Under the pieces are notes generated by a model that ran no database searches, was not told where the DNA came from, and was given only the letters and a program-made list of their open reading frames with translations. DNA of 64,000 nucleotides from Eledone cirrhosa (lineage: Eukaryota): the NCBI GenBank assembly GCA_964016885.1, contig OZ024756.1, positions 13,206,001-13,270,000 on the forward strand. The letters run 5' to 3'. The position numbers were made by a program, and so were the translations under genes. Positions 32,319 through 44,161 of this stretch are shown here, piece after piece (positions within the stretch are counted from its first letter, which is position 1; every line of letters starts with the position of its first letter).

Positions 32319-32579
32319 ATTTCAGCGAGATTCGAATAAACATAGATTATAAAGGCCAAACAAACTGAGATGGCGGTCAAGAAACTATCAACCAGCTGAA
32401 CCAAAAAGACGAGGCAAGCCAAACAGGTCAAACAAAATAATTGAAATATTTCAATTATTTTGTTTGACCTGTTTGGCTTGCCTATATATTTGTTTGTTGG
32501 TTTACCAAGAATGTGTATGGTTGCGTTTGTGTCTGTGTTTATATCCCATAAGTACCAGTTTAAAAATAAGTACTGGGGT

Positions 32580-32640
<61 letters not shown>

Positions 32641-32646
<6 letters not shown>

Positions 32647-33380
32647 ATATTAATAAATGGAAACTATATTTATAAAACCATATTTATTTCATTATACATA
32701 TTTCAAGGACACCAAAGCAAATTATGGTGCGCTTTCATCAGATAAAAATATAATATAGATCAGTTTTATAAACAAATATTGACATACCCTTAAAAGAATG
32801 CGACCATGTCTGTTGGAAGCTCCCGGATATTATTGGTCTATTATACAAATTAGTGTTGGAGAGGTTTAAATCCCATACATTTAAAATAAGCCGTTGGAAT
32901 AGGGAAAAAAAGAAAAGGAGAAAGAAAGAGCAAACCCAAAGAAGGAAAAGAAAAGAAAAGAAAAGGAAAAGGAAAAAACAAAAGAAGAAAGAGAAAGAGG
33001 AATAGGAGAAAGAAAGAGCAACGGCTTATTTTAAATGTATGGGATTTAAACCTCTCCGACACTAATTTGCATAATAGACCAATAATAAAATTAGTAACCA
33101 CCAATACCCGGGAGCTTCCAACAGACATGGTCGCATTCTTTTAAGGGTATGTCAATATTTGTTTATAAAACTGATCTATATTATATTTTATCTGATGAAA
33201 GTGCACCATAATTTGCTTTGGTGTCCTTGAAATATGTATAATGAAATAAATATGGTTTTATAAATATAGTTTCCATTTATTAATATATTGTATTTTTACT
33301 CCAAATATTTGTTGAGTGCTTTATATCAGTTATAAAAATATTTGCTTGTTGTATCCCAACAAATTAAATATAACTTCTAC
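32641..33380 (+). mobile_element. Fold-back Penelope-like insert, family A copy 2
   Basis: Inverted arms at ~32641-32900 / 33020-33292 around a purine-rich spacer, with a right tail matching 14686-14790. Confidence 0.75.
33184..33248 (+). ncRNA. Minimal hammerhead ribozyme (family A; antisense twin at 32685-32750)
   Basis: TATTTTAT-CTGATGA-AAGTGCACC..GGTGTCCTT-GAAA-TATGTA-TA-ATGAAATA. Confidence 0.75.
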
Positions 33381-33858
33381 ATATATATATATATAGGAAC
33401 GAGTAGGACCCCGACGGCTGAGCTCAAGCCGTTTCGACGGCTAATTCTAATTATATATACGAGAAACATACGTCGTTTGTGGTGTCTCTCTCATTCAACC
33501 ATAGCAACAGCTTTATAATTTTATTGTGTAACCTCTGCTTAAATGCCAAATACTGTCTAATGAAGCCATGCCAGTAATAATGAATACAAAGACCAAAATC
33601 CGAAGAGGGCGTGATAAAGGATTGTATATATAGCAAAGTATATATAAACCGGTAGAGCAAATTATCCTTGCACATATTTTGCCCATCTCAAGAGAATGTC
33701 TTCATGTACCACCGTTATATCTTCCTGTTTTCTAAAGGCAATATTTGGTCGTCACGTTTTCTGAAATATTTACTTCTGCGTCTATAGATCAATTTTTTCA
33801 GTTTCAGAATATCCCGTTTAGGGTGAAAACAGAAATTCTTTGCTTAAACTTTAATCTG

Positions 33859-33943
<85 letters not shown>

Positions 33944-34069
33944 TAATGGTAGCTAAGATGCTTCCATAGGCGATGCATCACTGATTTTTCGTTTTCCATT
34001 CTATTAATCTGCACTAATATATATATATTTATTAAAATAACAGATTTTAGTCTTCAAATTTATTATTAT

Positions 34070-34117
<48 letters not shown>

Positions 34118-34257
34118 ATACTTTGGGAGGGTCATGTTGCCAATAAGAAACACACGCACCAGTTGCTTTCACTTCAATTTATTATAATAAATTCATAATA
34201 AATTTATAAATTTCTGGTTGGTTGGTTGGTTCCACAACCAGATAGTTGTTTATATAT

Positions 34258-34302
34258 AGTCATAGTTCTTTCGTCACACACTCTGTGACCTCTTCAGTGA
34301 CT
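34258..34302 (-). ncRNA. Minimal hammerhead ribozyme (family B)
   Basis: Minus strand AGTCA-CTGAAGA-G-GTCACA..TGTGAC-GAAA-GAAC-TA-TGACT, ~200 nt downstream of the ORF stop on the same strand. Confidence 0.7.
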
Positions 34303-34502
34303 GGGGATTCCTTTCTTTGTTTCTGTGCCTCTCCTTTGTTCTGTCCTACGCCATTTTGTTTCTGTGTGTGTGTTGTGTGCTCAGTCTGCGCATGCGCCAC
34401 ATCCGGGTGTCTGTGTGTGTTTATGTTCATTTATTTATTTGTTTATTTACATGTTACTGGTTGGTTGTTTGTTCTATGTGTGTGTGTGTTTTCATTTTGT
34501 CC

Positions 34503-34745
34503 TTAATTGTAAGTTGTGATGTTGCTGTTCCACTCATATTTTCTATTTAATTTTGGTTGTAATTCTTTTATGTTTATTGCCTCTGTAATTTGTCTAAACA
34601 TTGCGTCTTTTCTGTGTGTAGATTCTATTTTTATTTCTATGTTCTCTAATTTACCCGTGTGTTCTATTTTAGCATGTTGGTAGAGTACAGATGATTCTTT
34701 ATTATCTTGAAGGTCTCGCCAGTGTTCATTTATCCGTTCTAACGG
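34503..34745 (-). pseudogene. C-terminal half of a Penelope-type GIY-YIG endonuclease (5'-truncated)
   Basis: LERINEHW..ESSVLYQHAKIEH..RQITEAINIKELQPKLN matches the R..EH / S.L..H...H / R.I.EA..I....P.LN pattern of PLE endonucleases. Confidence 0.8.
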
Positions 34746-34962
34746 ATAAGAACTATGACTATATATAAACAACTATCTGGTTGTGGAACCAACCAACCAA
34801 CCAGAAATTTATAAATTTATTATAAATTTATTATAATAAATTGAAGTGAAAGCAACTGGTGCGTGTGTTTCTTATTGGCAACATGACCCTCCCAAAGTAT
34901 AACAATATCGGTTTCAACACACGATTTCAGATAAAGAATCTTGCTAAACAAATTCAGAAACG

Positions 34963-35017
<55 letters not shown>

Positions 35018-35021
<4 letters not shown>

Positions 35022-35450
35022 GAGGTGAGTTTTATTGTAGTACAATAAAGCAATGCAGATATCGAATAAGAAGCACTTTACAGTTTGTGGGACTGGAGTA
35101 TGCATAATATAAGATCAAAAGATGGTTAAAGGAGTTCAATATATTTTACTATGCGCATTTCAAAAACAAACATCATCAAACAATAACATCTGCGTCTTCA
35201 TCAGACAAAACAGGAGAACATGATATGAAGGCTAAAAAAAACACTTGCTGATAGTGCAGTTTTAAATCAACATATCAATATGTTGATTTAAAACTGCACT
35301 ATCAGCAAGTGTTTTTTTTAGCCTTCATATCATGTTCTCCTGTTTTGTCTGATGAAGACGCAGATGTTATTGTTTGATGATGTTTGTTTTTGAAATGCGC
35401 ATAGTAAAATATATTGAACTCCTTTAACCATCTTTTGATCTTATATTATA
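35018..35450. mobile_element. Fold-back Penelope-like insert, family F
   Basis: Near-perfect palindrome centred at ~35280 with a left tail at 35018-35104. A second copy lies at 42474-42907. Confidence 0.75.
35341..35411 (+). ncRNA. Hammerhead ribozyme (family F; antisense twin at 35142-35212)
   Basis: TGTTTTGT-CTGATGA-(long stem II)-GAAA-TGCGCA-TA-GTAAAATA. Confidence 0.75.
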
Positions 35451-36774
35451 TATATATATATATGCAAGTTAAACTATAAACGCATTTGAATGCGAACATT
35501 AACAAGGAACGTCTTGGTGTAGTTGAATTGTTATCATATAAAGCTGTCGGTGGTTTTCCCGACAGTCATTTTCATATATGAAGACAAAAATAGCAAATTC
35601 TTTTTATTCGCGTTAACTGACGCCATGTGAATTAATGCATTACGCGGCTATTCGGATTTCAGTCTTGAGGCCAGAGTTTCCAATAATGTTGGAGCTGCAG
35701 CCCTCTTTTGAGAGAATATATTTCATCAAATGCTATCCTCACTGTAAAGATGATAAAAAATTATTCACTGAAAATTAAATTTTTATTTTTTTAAAAATAT
35801 TTCGAATTGTTAAATGTGACAGTTTTTATGGTCAAATAATTTGTATTTTTACCCCTCTCCCCTCAAGTCCTTGCATTCCAATTACCTCCTCTGAGTCTGC
35901 CCCCACCAGCTGACGAGATTTTTATTTTAATAAAGATTACAGATTTAGTAAATGAATAACGCTTACTTTCGGAATCACTGCGTTGGCTAATTTCAAATAT
36001 TTTAACAAATATTTTGATTTCTAACAACAAAACGACTTGAACTCTCTCTAATAAAGTTCAATATAGAGCCAACACAGAACAATATGTTCATTTTCTGAAA
36101 GGCAAAGTTTACAGCTGTCGCTACCCTGTTTATAAGGTTTTACTTTTTATTAATATATTTCCCCCCCCCCCCAAAAAAAAATTTATTGTCCCAAACGTTA
36201 TTATTTCTCCAAGATCATATTGATTTAATAAACTTGTAGCCAAATATCTTATCTCCTTTTAAAAAGTTATTAAATCATCCCTTAACTTTATTGTCAGTTA
36301 AAACATGATAAAGTATAATCTTTAAAGACTGAATTATCAACGGCTGTAGATAATTTTTCACAATAAACTATCAATTTTGAAATAAATGAATTATTTAATC
36401 GACATTATGGGGCTCAGACAGTTGCATAAACAGGAAGTATATGTAGATGAATGAATTATTATTTATGTGGCGGCCAAATTATGTGAACAGCTAAAGCTAA
36501 ATTTGACATTATTTCTATTAAATATTTTTACGCGATTTAAGATTTTTCGTAAAGTTTCCAGCGATATGTGAATGTACATTGTGACTGAATTTTATATCAA
36601 ATGGTTTTACATTTTTCTTTTTTTTTTTTTGTGAGCTTTACATGTTAATATCATTATATGATAAATATCAAATAATACCATTGAATAATAAATATTATAT
36701 AATAAATTTTATATTTTACCTTATTAATTTGTTTAAATGGTAGCTGGACAGAATGAAGTGCAGTTAGTATATTA

Positions 36775-37158
36775 ATAATTGATTCTACTTTTGGCACAAG
36801 GCCAGCAATTACCCCAGTGCATTACTGGTACTTTATTTTAACGACCCCGTAAGGATGAAAGGCAAAATTAACCTCGGCGGAATTTGAACTCAGAACGCAA
36901 AGGGCCGTAACTCTATGCTGCAAAGCATGGTGTCTGACGCTCTACCGTTAGTATAGTTAGTATATTAATAATTGTTTCTACTTTTGGCACAAGGCCAGCA
37001 ATTACCCCAGTGCATTACTGGTACTTTATTTTATCGACCCCGTAAGGATGAAAGGCAAAGTTAACCTCGGCGGGATTTGAACTCAGACCGTAAAGGGACG
37101 TAACTATGTTGGAAAGCATGGCGTCCGACCCTCTACCGATACTGCCAATCCACCGTTA
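36775..37158 (-). mobile_element. Two tandem SINE copies
   Basis: GTTAGTATATTAATAAT occurs three times (36763, 36956, 37155), bracketing the two copies. Confidence 0.85.
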
Positions 37159-37213
37159 GTATATTAATAATGATGATGATGATGATAGATTTCCAACATA
37201 GGCACGTGGGCAA

Positions 37214-37568
37214 AGAAGAAGAAGAAGAAGAAGAAGAAGAAGAAGAAGAAGAAGAAGAAGAAGAAAAAGAAGAAGAAGAAGAAGAAGAAGAAGAAGAAAA
37301 AGAAGAAGAAGAAGAAGAAGAAGAAGAAGAAGAAGAAGAAGAAGAAGAAGAAGAAAAAGAAGAAGAAGAAGAAGAAGAAGAAAAAGAAAAAGAAGAAGAA
37401 GAAGAAGAAGAAGAAGAAAAAGAAGAAGAAGAAGAAGAAGAAGAAGAAGAAGAAGAAAAAGAAGAAGAAGAAGAAGAAGAAGAAGAAGAAGAAGAAGAAG
37501 AAAAAGAAGAAGAAGAAGAAGAAGAAGAAGAAGAAGAAGAAGAAAAAGATGATGATGATGATGACGAC
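37214..37568. repeat. (GAA)n/(GAT)n microsatellite
   Basis: Seen directly. Confidence 0.95.
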
Positions 37569-37694
37569 GAATATGGTGAAAATATAAACACAGAAAAAGG
37601 AAAAAAAAAAAAAAAAAACCCCAAAAAAACGCAAGCGAACTATACCCCGCCCCACATTCTCTTCCCCTCCTCAACCCCCTTTTATCATATTTTT

Positions 37695-37930
37695 TTAAAT
37701 AACATCAACAATGACAGCGATGACGGCGGTGGTGGCCATGATAATGGCGTAAAAGTTTAGCAGAGAGCAAACGGCGGCGGGCGCGCTGTTACAGTAGTCC
37801 GTGTCACAAAAACAATAGAAGGCCGTCATGTTGTTGACAGGTGAGGTCCAGTACCTACAACCATTGCTGTCGTCAATATCATGTAGCATACCATGGATGT
37901 AACATCCCCGGATGTAGCCGACCCAGCCAT
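37695..37930 (-). CDS. Ly6/uPAR (three-finger; quiver/sleepless-like) protein, last coding exon with GPI-anchor signal
   Basis: Acceptor TTTCCAG, phase 1. Translates to DGWVGYIRGC...GCRYW...YCFCDTDYCNSA + hydrophobic tail + TAA, carrying the C-x-C-x4-CN LU terminus. Confidence 0.9.
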
Positions 37931-38391
37931 CTGGAAAACACAAGAAGGAGAAGTGATAAGTGACGAAAGGCATGTGTAAGTATGTGTGTGTGTGTGTATG
38001 TGTATGTGTAAGTGTGTGTGTGTGTATGTGTGTATGTGTGTGTGTAAGTATGTGTGTGTGTGTGTAAGTATGTGTGTGTATGTGTATGTATGTATGTGTG
38101 TGTGTGTGTGTGTAAGTATGTATGTGTGTGTGTGTGTGTATGTGTGTGTATGTGTAAGTATGTGTGTGTGTTTAAGTATGTATGTGTGTGTGTGTGTGTA
38201 TGTGTAATTATGTGTGTATGTGTGTGTGTATGTGTAAGTATGTGTGTGTATGTGTGTGTGTGTGTGTATGTGTAAGTATGTGTGTGTGTGTAAGTATGTG
38301 TGTGTAAGTGTAAGTATGTGTGTATGTGTGTATTTGTAAGTATGTGTGTATGTGTGTATTTGTAAGTATGTGTGTGTGTGTGTATTTGTAA

Positions 38392-38425
<34 letters not shown>

Positions 38426-38431
38426 TTGTAA

Positions 38432-38466
<35 letters not shown>

Positions 38467-38910
38467 GCCTTTCCTCACTTAAAAAAACTTCAAGCTCAGG
38501 CATCGGTTGATATGTGACTTTTCTGCGATGCATGGTGTTGCTGGCCATAGACAAGTCTCTAGCAGGACTAAAAAGCTACGTCATACTCCTGCTTAAGTAT
38601 CAAGCGATGGCATTACTCGAAATTTAGTTGCAGCCATCATGCATATAAAAGATTTTACTACAGAGGAACTGCCGAAACTGAGTCTTCTTTACACTATGGA
38701 TCCAACCGTCCGCGGCTGCCTACTCCCATACGGCCCAGGATAAATCCGACAGACTTTCTAGATCGCTGGATATATGATTCTATTTTACATTTCCACTTTA
38801 ATCTGCCGTGCATATATTACACAGCTACAGCTGTGTCGTTTTTTTTTCTTCAGTAAAATGACTATTTTGATTGACAAAAGTCACATCAATAAAATAGTAA
38901 CCCCATCTAG

Positions 38911-39300
38911 CTTTGAAGTTATGAACTGTTGGAAACAAGTTCATAACTTTGAAGTTATGAACTGTTGGAAACAAGTTCATAACTTTGAAGTTATGAACTG
39001 TTGGAAACAAGTTCATAACTTTGAAGTTATGAACTGTTGGAAACAGGTTCATAATTTTGAAGTTATGAACTGTTGGAAACAAGTTCATAACTTTGAAGTT
39101 ATGAACTGTTGGAAACAAGTTCCTAACTTTGAAGTTATGAACTGTTGGAAACAGGTTCATAATTTTGAAGTTATGAACTGTTGGAAACAAGTTCATAACT
39201 TTGAAGTTATGAACTGTTGGAAACGAGTTCATAACTTTGAAGTTATGAACTGTTGGAAACGAGTTCATAACTTTGAAGTTATGAACTGTTGGAAACGAAT
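38911..39300. repeat. 36-bp self-complementary minisatellite (~11 units), intronic
   Basis: Unit CTTTGAAGTTATGAACTGTTGGAAACAAGTTCATAA. Confidence 0.92.
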
Positions 39301-39675
39301 TCAATCATGTTAGGATGAGTTATTTTGTCCATAGCACTGGAATGCATACATGTTAGGACGAGTTATCTCGTCTACTACACGGAAGAGGTTAAAAGTATGT
39401 CTTATCTACACCAACACCTTATTCTTATTTATATTTTATTTCACATTTATATCATATTTTTTATATTTATATTTCATATTATATTTCACATCTCTATATA
39501 TTTTTATGTATGTGTGTATGCATGTGTGTGTATGTGTGCGTGTGCGTGTGTGTGTGTGCGTGCGTGTGTGTGCGTGTGTGTGCGTGCGTGCGTGTGTGTG
39601 TGTGTGTGTGTGCGTGCGTGTGTGTGCGTGTGTGTGTGTGCGTGTGTATGTGTGTGTGTGCGTGCGTGCGCGCGC

Positions 39676-39718
<43 letters not shown>

Positions 39719-39917
39719 CGTGTGTGTGCGCGCGCGCGTGTGTGTGTGTGTGCGTGCGTGTGTGTGCGTGTGTATGTATGTGTGTGTGTGTGCGTGTGCG
39801 TGTGCGTGTGCATGCGTGTGTGCGCGCGTGCGTGTGCGCGCGCGCGCGTGTGTGTGTGCGTGCGTGCGTGTGTGTGCGTGTGTGTGTATGTGTGCGCACG
39901 TGTGTGTGTGTGCGTGC

Positions 39918-39958
<41 letters not shown>

Positions 39959-40035
39959 TGTCTGTGTGTGTGTGTGTGTATGTGTGTGTGTGTGTGTGTG
40001 TGTGCGTGTGTGTGTGTGCGTGCGTGTGTGCGTGC

Positions 40036-40079
<44 letters not shown>

Positions 40080-40107
40080 GTGTGTGTATGTGTGTGTGTG
40101 TGTATGA

Positions 40108-40139
<32 letters not shown>

Positions 40140-40193
40140 GCGTGTGCGTGTGTGTGTGTGTGTCTGTGTGTGTGTGCACGTGTGTTACTTTAC

Positions 40194-40334
40194 CTTTGAG
40201 AGGTGGGTTTTTCTGCAGAGCGCACTTTGCGGTTCTCGAAACACACAGCGTTGCTTCGAACAGGTATGATTGGAAGTTGCTTCCACAGGCCTTCTCCTCT
40301 CTGTTGGAGCAATGGTAGCACATGAGGCCAGCAC
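40194..40334 (-). CDS. Ly6/uPAR (quiver-like) protein, N-terminal half of the LU domain
   Basis: [46 protein letters not shown]. The donor AAG|GTAAAG is phase 1 and joins 37930 in frame. Acceptor-like TTCCCTTGTGCAG at 40335. Confidence 0.9.
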
Positions 40335-40402
40335 CTGCACAAGGGAAGATAGAGTTCCCGTGTCTTAGCATCTTTATATCTACACATATATAGTGTCTGC
40401 TG

Positions 40403-41362
40403 TTGATGATGATAGTGATAGAGGTGATGGTGGTGATGACGATGATGATGGAGAATAGGATAATGATGATGATGGTGGTGGTGGTGGTGGTGGTGGTGGT
40501 GGTGATGTTGGTGTTGGTGATGATGGTGGTGATGGTGACGATGGTGGTGACGGTGACGATGGGGACGATGATGATGGTGACGATGGTGATAATGGCGATG
40601 ATGATGATGATGGTGATGATGGTGATGGTGATGATGGTGATGGTGGTGATGGTGGTGATGGTGGTGGTGATCGTGATGATAGTGATGGTGATGGTGATGA
40701 TGGTGATGATGGTGATGATGGTGATGGTGGTGATGGTGATGATGGTGATGATGGTGATGATAGTGATGGGTATGATGATGGTGATGGCTATGATGATGGT
40801 GATGATAGTGATGGCTATGATGATGGTGATGATGGTGGTGGTGATGATGATGGTGATGATAGTGCTGGTGATGGTGATGGTGGTGGTGATGGTGATGGTG
40901 ATGATGGTGATGATGATAGTGATGGTGATGGTGATGATGGTGATGATGGTGATGATGGTGATGGTGGTGGTGATGATGATGGTGATGATGGTGATGATGG
41001 TGATGGTGATGATGGTGATGGTGATGATGGTGATGGTGGTGGTGATGGTGATGGTGATGATGGTGATGATGGTGGTGATGGTGATGATGGTGATGATGGT
41101 GGTGATGGTGATGGTGATGATGGTGATGATGGTGATGGTGGAGTGATGGTGATGGTGATGATGGTGATGATGGTGGTGATGGTGATGGTGATGATGGTGA
41201 TGATGGTGATGGTGGTGGTGATGGTGATGGTGATGATGGTGATGATGGTGGTGATGGTGATGGTGATGATGGTGATGGTGGTGGTGATGGTGATGGTGAT
41301 GATGGTGATGATGGTGATGGTGGTGGTGATGGTGATGGTGATGATGGTGATGATGGTGATGA
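40403..41362. repeat. (GAT/GGT)n trinucleotide tract
   Basis: Seen directly; followed by (CAC/CAA)n at 41425-42160. Confidence 0.95.
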
Positions 41363-41418
41363 ATATGAAGAAGGATAAACAGGAACAATAACAACAGCAG
41401 GACAACGACTGGGTTTAT
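41355..41418 (-). CDS. Probable signal-peptide-coding segment of the Ly6/quiver-like gene (3' boundary unresolved)
   Basis: Acceptor GTTACAG, then INPVVVLLLLLFLFILLHIH, in the same reading frame as 40334-40194. Confidence 0.5.
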
Positions 41419-41599
41419 CTGTAACTACAACAACAACAACAACAATTGCAACTACAACAACAATAACAACTACAACACCACCACTACCAACAGTAATAAC
41501 ACCAACACCACCACCACCACCACCACCACCACCACCAACAGTAACAATAACAAAACCACCACCAACAACAACAACAGTAATAACACCACCACCACCACC

Positions 41600-41631
<32 letters not shown>

Positions 41632-41941
41632 CAACAATAATAACACCACCACCACCACCACGACCACCACCACGACCACCACCACCACCACCACCAACAA
41701 CAACAACAGTAATAACACCACCACCACCAACAACAACAACAGTAATAACACCACCACCACCACCACCAACAACAGCAACAACAACAGTAACACCACCACC
41801 ACCACCACCGCCACCACCACCACCACCACCACCACCACGACCACCACCACCACCACCAACAACAACAACAGTAATAACACCACCACCACCACCACCAACA
41901 ACAACAACAGTAATAACAACACCACCACCACCACCGCCACC

Positions 41942-41972
<31 letters not shown>

Positions 41973-42245
41973 GTAATAACAACACCCCCACAACAACAAC
42001 AACAGTAATAACAACAACACCACCACCACCAACAACAACAACATTAATAACACCACCACCACCGCCACCACCACCACCACCAACAACAACAACATTAATA
42101 ACACCACCACCCCCGCCACCCCCACCACCACCAACAACAACAGTAATAACAACAACAGTTGTAATTACGACAACAATGAAACTGATGGTTAACCGAAATC
42201 TGTTTAGTGTGGCGTGAAATATGGACGAGCTGTTGGCATGGTTAC

Positions 42246-42251
42246 CTGCAT
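42246..42251 (-). CDS. Candidate start exon (ATG CAG | GTAAC) of the Ly6/quiver-like gene
   Basis: Phase-0 donor joins 41418 to give MQINPVVVLLLLLFLFILL. Confidence 0.4.
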
Positions 42252-42473
42252 AAACTTTCACCTGACTATGCCACTAACTGTGCACCAACAATGCACATGT
42301 ACATGCTTGTGTCTGCCATAGGTGCACATATACATTTCATTACGTTCAGACGCAGATATTACCGCTCTCTAATGACTGAAACCAATAATACCAGAATAAT
42401 GACACAACACATATGTGTGCATGTGTATGTGTGTGTATGTGCATGCGTGCATATATATATATATATATATGTG

Positions 42474-42907
42474 TGTAGGAGGTGAGTTTTATTGTAGTAC
42501 AATAAAGCAATGCAGATATCGGATAAGAAGCACTCTACAGTTTGTAAGACTGGAGTATACATAATATATAAGATCAAAAGATGGTTAAATGAGTTCCATG
42601 TATTTTATTATGCGCATTTCAAAAACAAATATCATCATGCAATAACATTTGTGTTTTCATCAGATAAAATATGAGGACATGATATGAAGGTTAAAAACAC
42701 TTGTGGATAGTGCAGTTTTAAATCAACATATGTTGATATGTTGATATGTTGATTTAAAACTGCACTATCCACAAGTGTTTTTAACCTTCATATCATGTCC
42801 TCATATTTTATCTGATGAAAACACAAATGTTATTGCATGATGATATTTGTTTTTGAAATGCGCATAATAAAATACATGGAACTCATTTAACCATCTTTTG
42901 ATCTTAT
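42474..42907. mobile_element. Fold-back Penelope-like insert, family F copy 2
   Basis: Palindrome centred at ~42738 with the same tail start (GTAGGAGGTGAG) as the 35018 copy. Confidence 0.75.
42804..42874 (+). ncRNA. Hammerhead ribozyme (family F; antisense twin at 42601-42671)
   Basis: TATTTTAT-CTGATGA-..-GAAA-TGCGCA-TA-ATAAAATA. Confidence 0.8.
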
Positions 42908-43202
42908 ATATATATATATATATATACGTTATTCCGGGTTGAATCGGAGGTAACCACAGTAAGTAAGGTACTCAATACATTGCAAAGTATAAAAGTTTTA
43001 ATATAGATGAGATTCTACAGGATTAGAACTGTTTCATAAGGGTGAAAGCAGCGATTCTTTGCTTAAACTTTAATCTGTTATTTTAATAAATATTTGCTCT
43101 ACGGTTCTTATATATTTGATATATATTTATCCTTATCGAGCCCTCTTTTGATTTTAGTCTTCAATTTTATTATTTCTAAACCACAGACCCTCCATCTCAA
43201 CT

Positions 43203-43247
43203 CTACTTTTGAAAAGCAGAAGAACTGCGAAACCACCGGTAAAGGAG
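43203..43247 (+). ncRNA. Hammerhead ribozyme, U3-A8 variant, in a repeat shared with 53376-53580
   Basis: CTACTT-TTGAAAA-GCAG AAGAA CTGC-GAAA-CCACCGG-TA-AAGGAG. Confidence 0.65.
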
Positions 43248-43375
43248 CCAAATAAATATATATATTTTTAAAAAAATAAGACTCCAATTGCATTTTCGAT
43301 TTCATCTTTTTTTCTTTATACTTTCACTCGTGTAGGACACCTCGGTTATTTTTCATTTTGTAAAAAAAACCTCAC

Positions 43376-43441
<66 letters not shown>

Positions 43442-43444
<3 letters not shown>

Positions 43445-43938
43445 GTATAATAAACAATACAATATAATTACCTCATTACCAGAGGTTTCCCGAATAAGAA
43501 GAATACGAAAGAAACGTCCTCATTCGTTCGTCGGACAAGGCAATATATTTATTAAGTATTGGTTTAAAATCCTATTGACTGAAGAGTGCTCGACTTTAAA
43601 AGGGCTGGAAGGTGCCAATCTCATAAAAATGTAGAATATGCTGCGATCATTCCCTTGGGAGCTGTATAAGTATTGAAGTTTCCGTTGGAATTGAAAAAGT
43701 CATAGGAGTGAAGAGTGCTCTATGTAAGTACCAGAGCTAAATTTAATGCCTTCCAAAAAATATTGCCTTGTCCGACGAACGAATGAGGACGTTTCTTTCG
43801 TATTCGTCTCATTCGGGAAACCTCTGGTAATGAGGTAATTATATTGTATTGTTTATTATACATTAAATTTTGCTCTGGTACTTACATAGAGCACTCTTCA
43901 CTCCTATGACTTTTTCAATTCCAACGGAAACTTCAATA

Positions 43939-43940
<2 letters not shown>
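43442..43940. mobile_element. Retrozyme-like insert, family G: 303-nt permuted monomer (minus) + inverted partial copy (plus)
   Basis: 43442-43546 is inverted at 43759-43865, and 43672-43748 is inverted at 43861-43938. (TA)n on both sides. Confidence 0.7.
43762..43839 (+). ncRNA. Hammerhead ribozyme, U4C core variant (antisense twin at 43467-43544)
   Basis: ATTGCCTTGT-CCGACGA-ACGAATGAGGACG..CGTCTCATTCGG-GAAA-CCTCTGG-TA-ATGAGGTAAT. Confidence 0.65.
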
Positions 43941-43981
<41 letters not shown>

Positions 43982-43984
<3 letters not shown>

Positions 43985-44161
43985 AACCAGTAAGACCCCG
44001 ACAGCTGAGCTCAAGCCGTTTCGACGGCTAATTCTAGCCGTCGAAACGGCTTGAGCTCAGCTGTCGGGGTCTTACTGGTTCCTATTACCCACTCTACTAC
44101 CTCAAGTATTGAGTACTTTGGTGCGTTATGGTCCACCTGGTTCCTTACCACATTTCCTTCG

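Larger units (their letters stand above)
34111..34962 (-). mobile_element. Penelope-like retroelement fragment (family B): GIY-YIG C-terminus + 3' region/pLTR + inverted pLTR part
   Basis: Endonuclease remnant, hammerhead, inverted arms at 34111-34275 / 34748-34910, and (TA)n flank. Confidence 0.85.
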
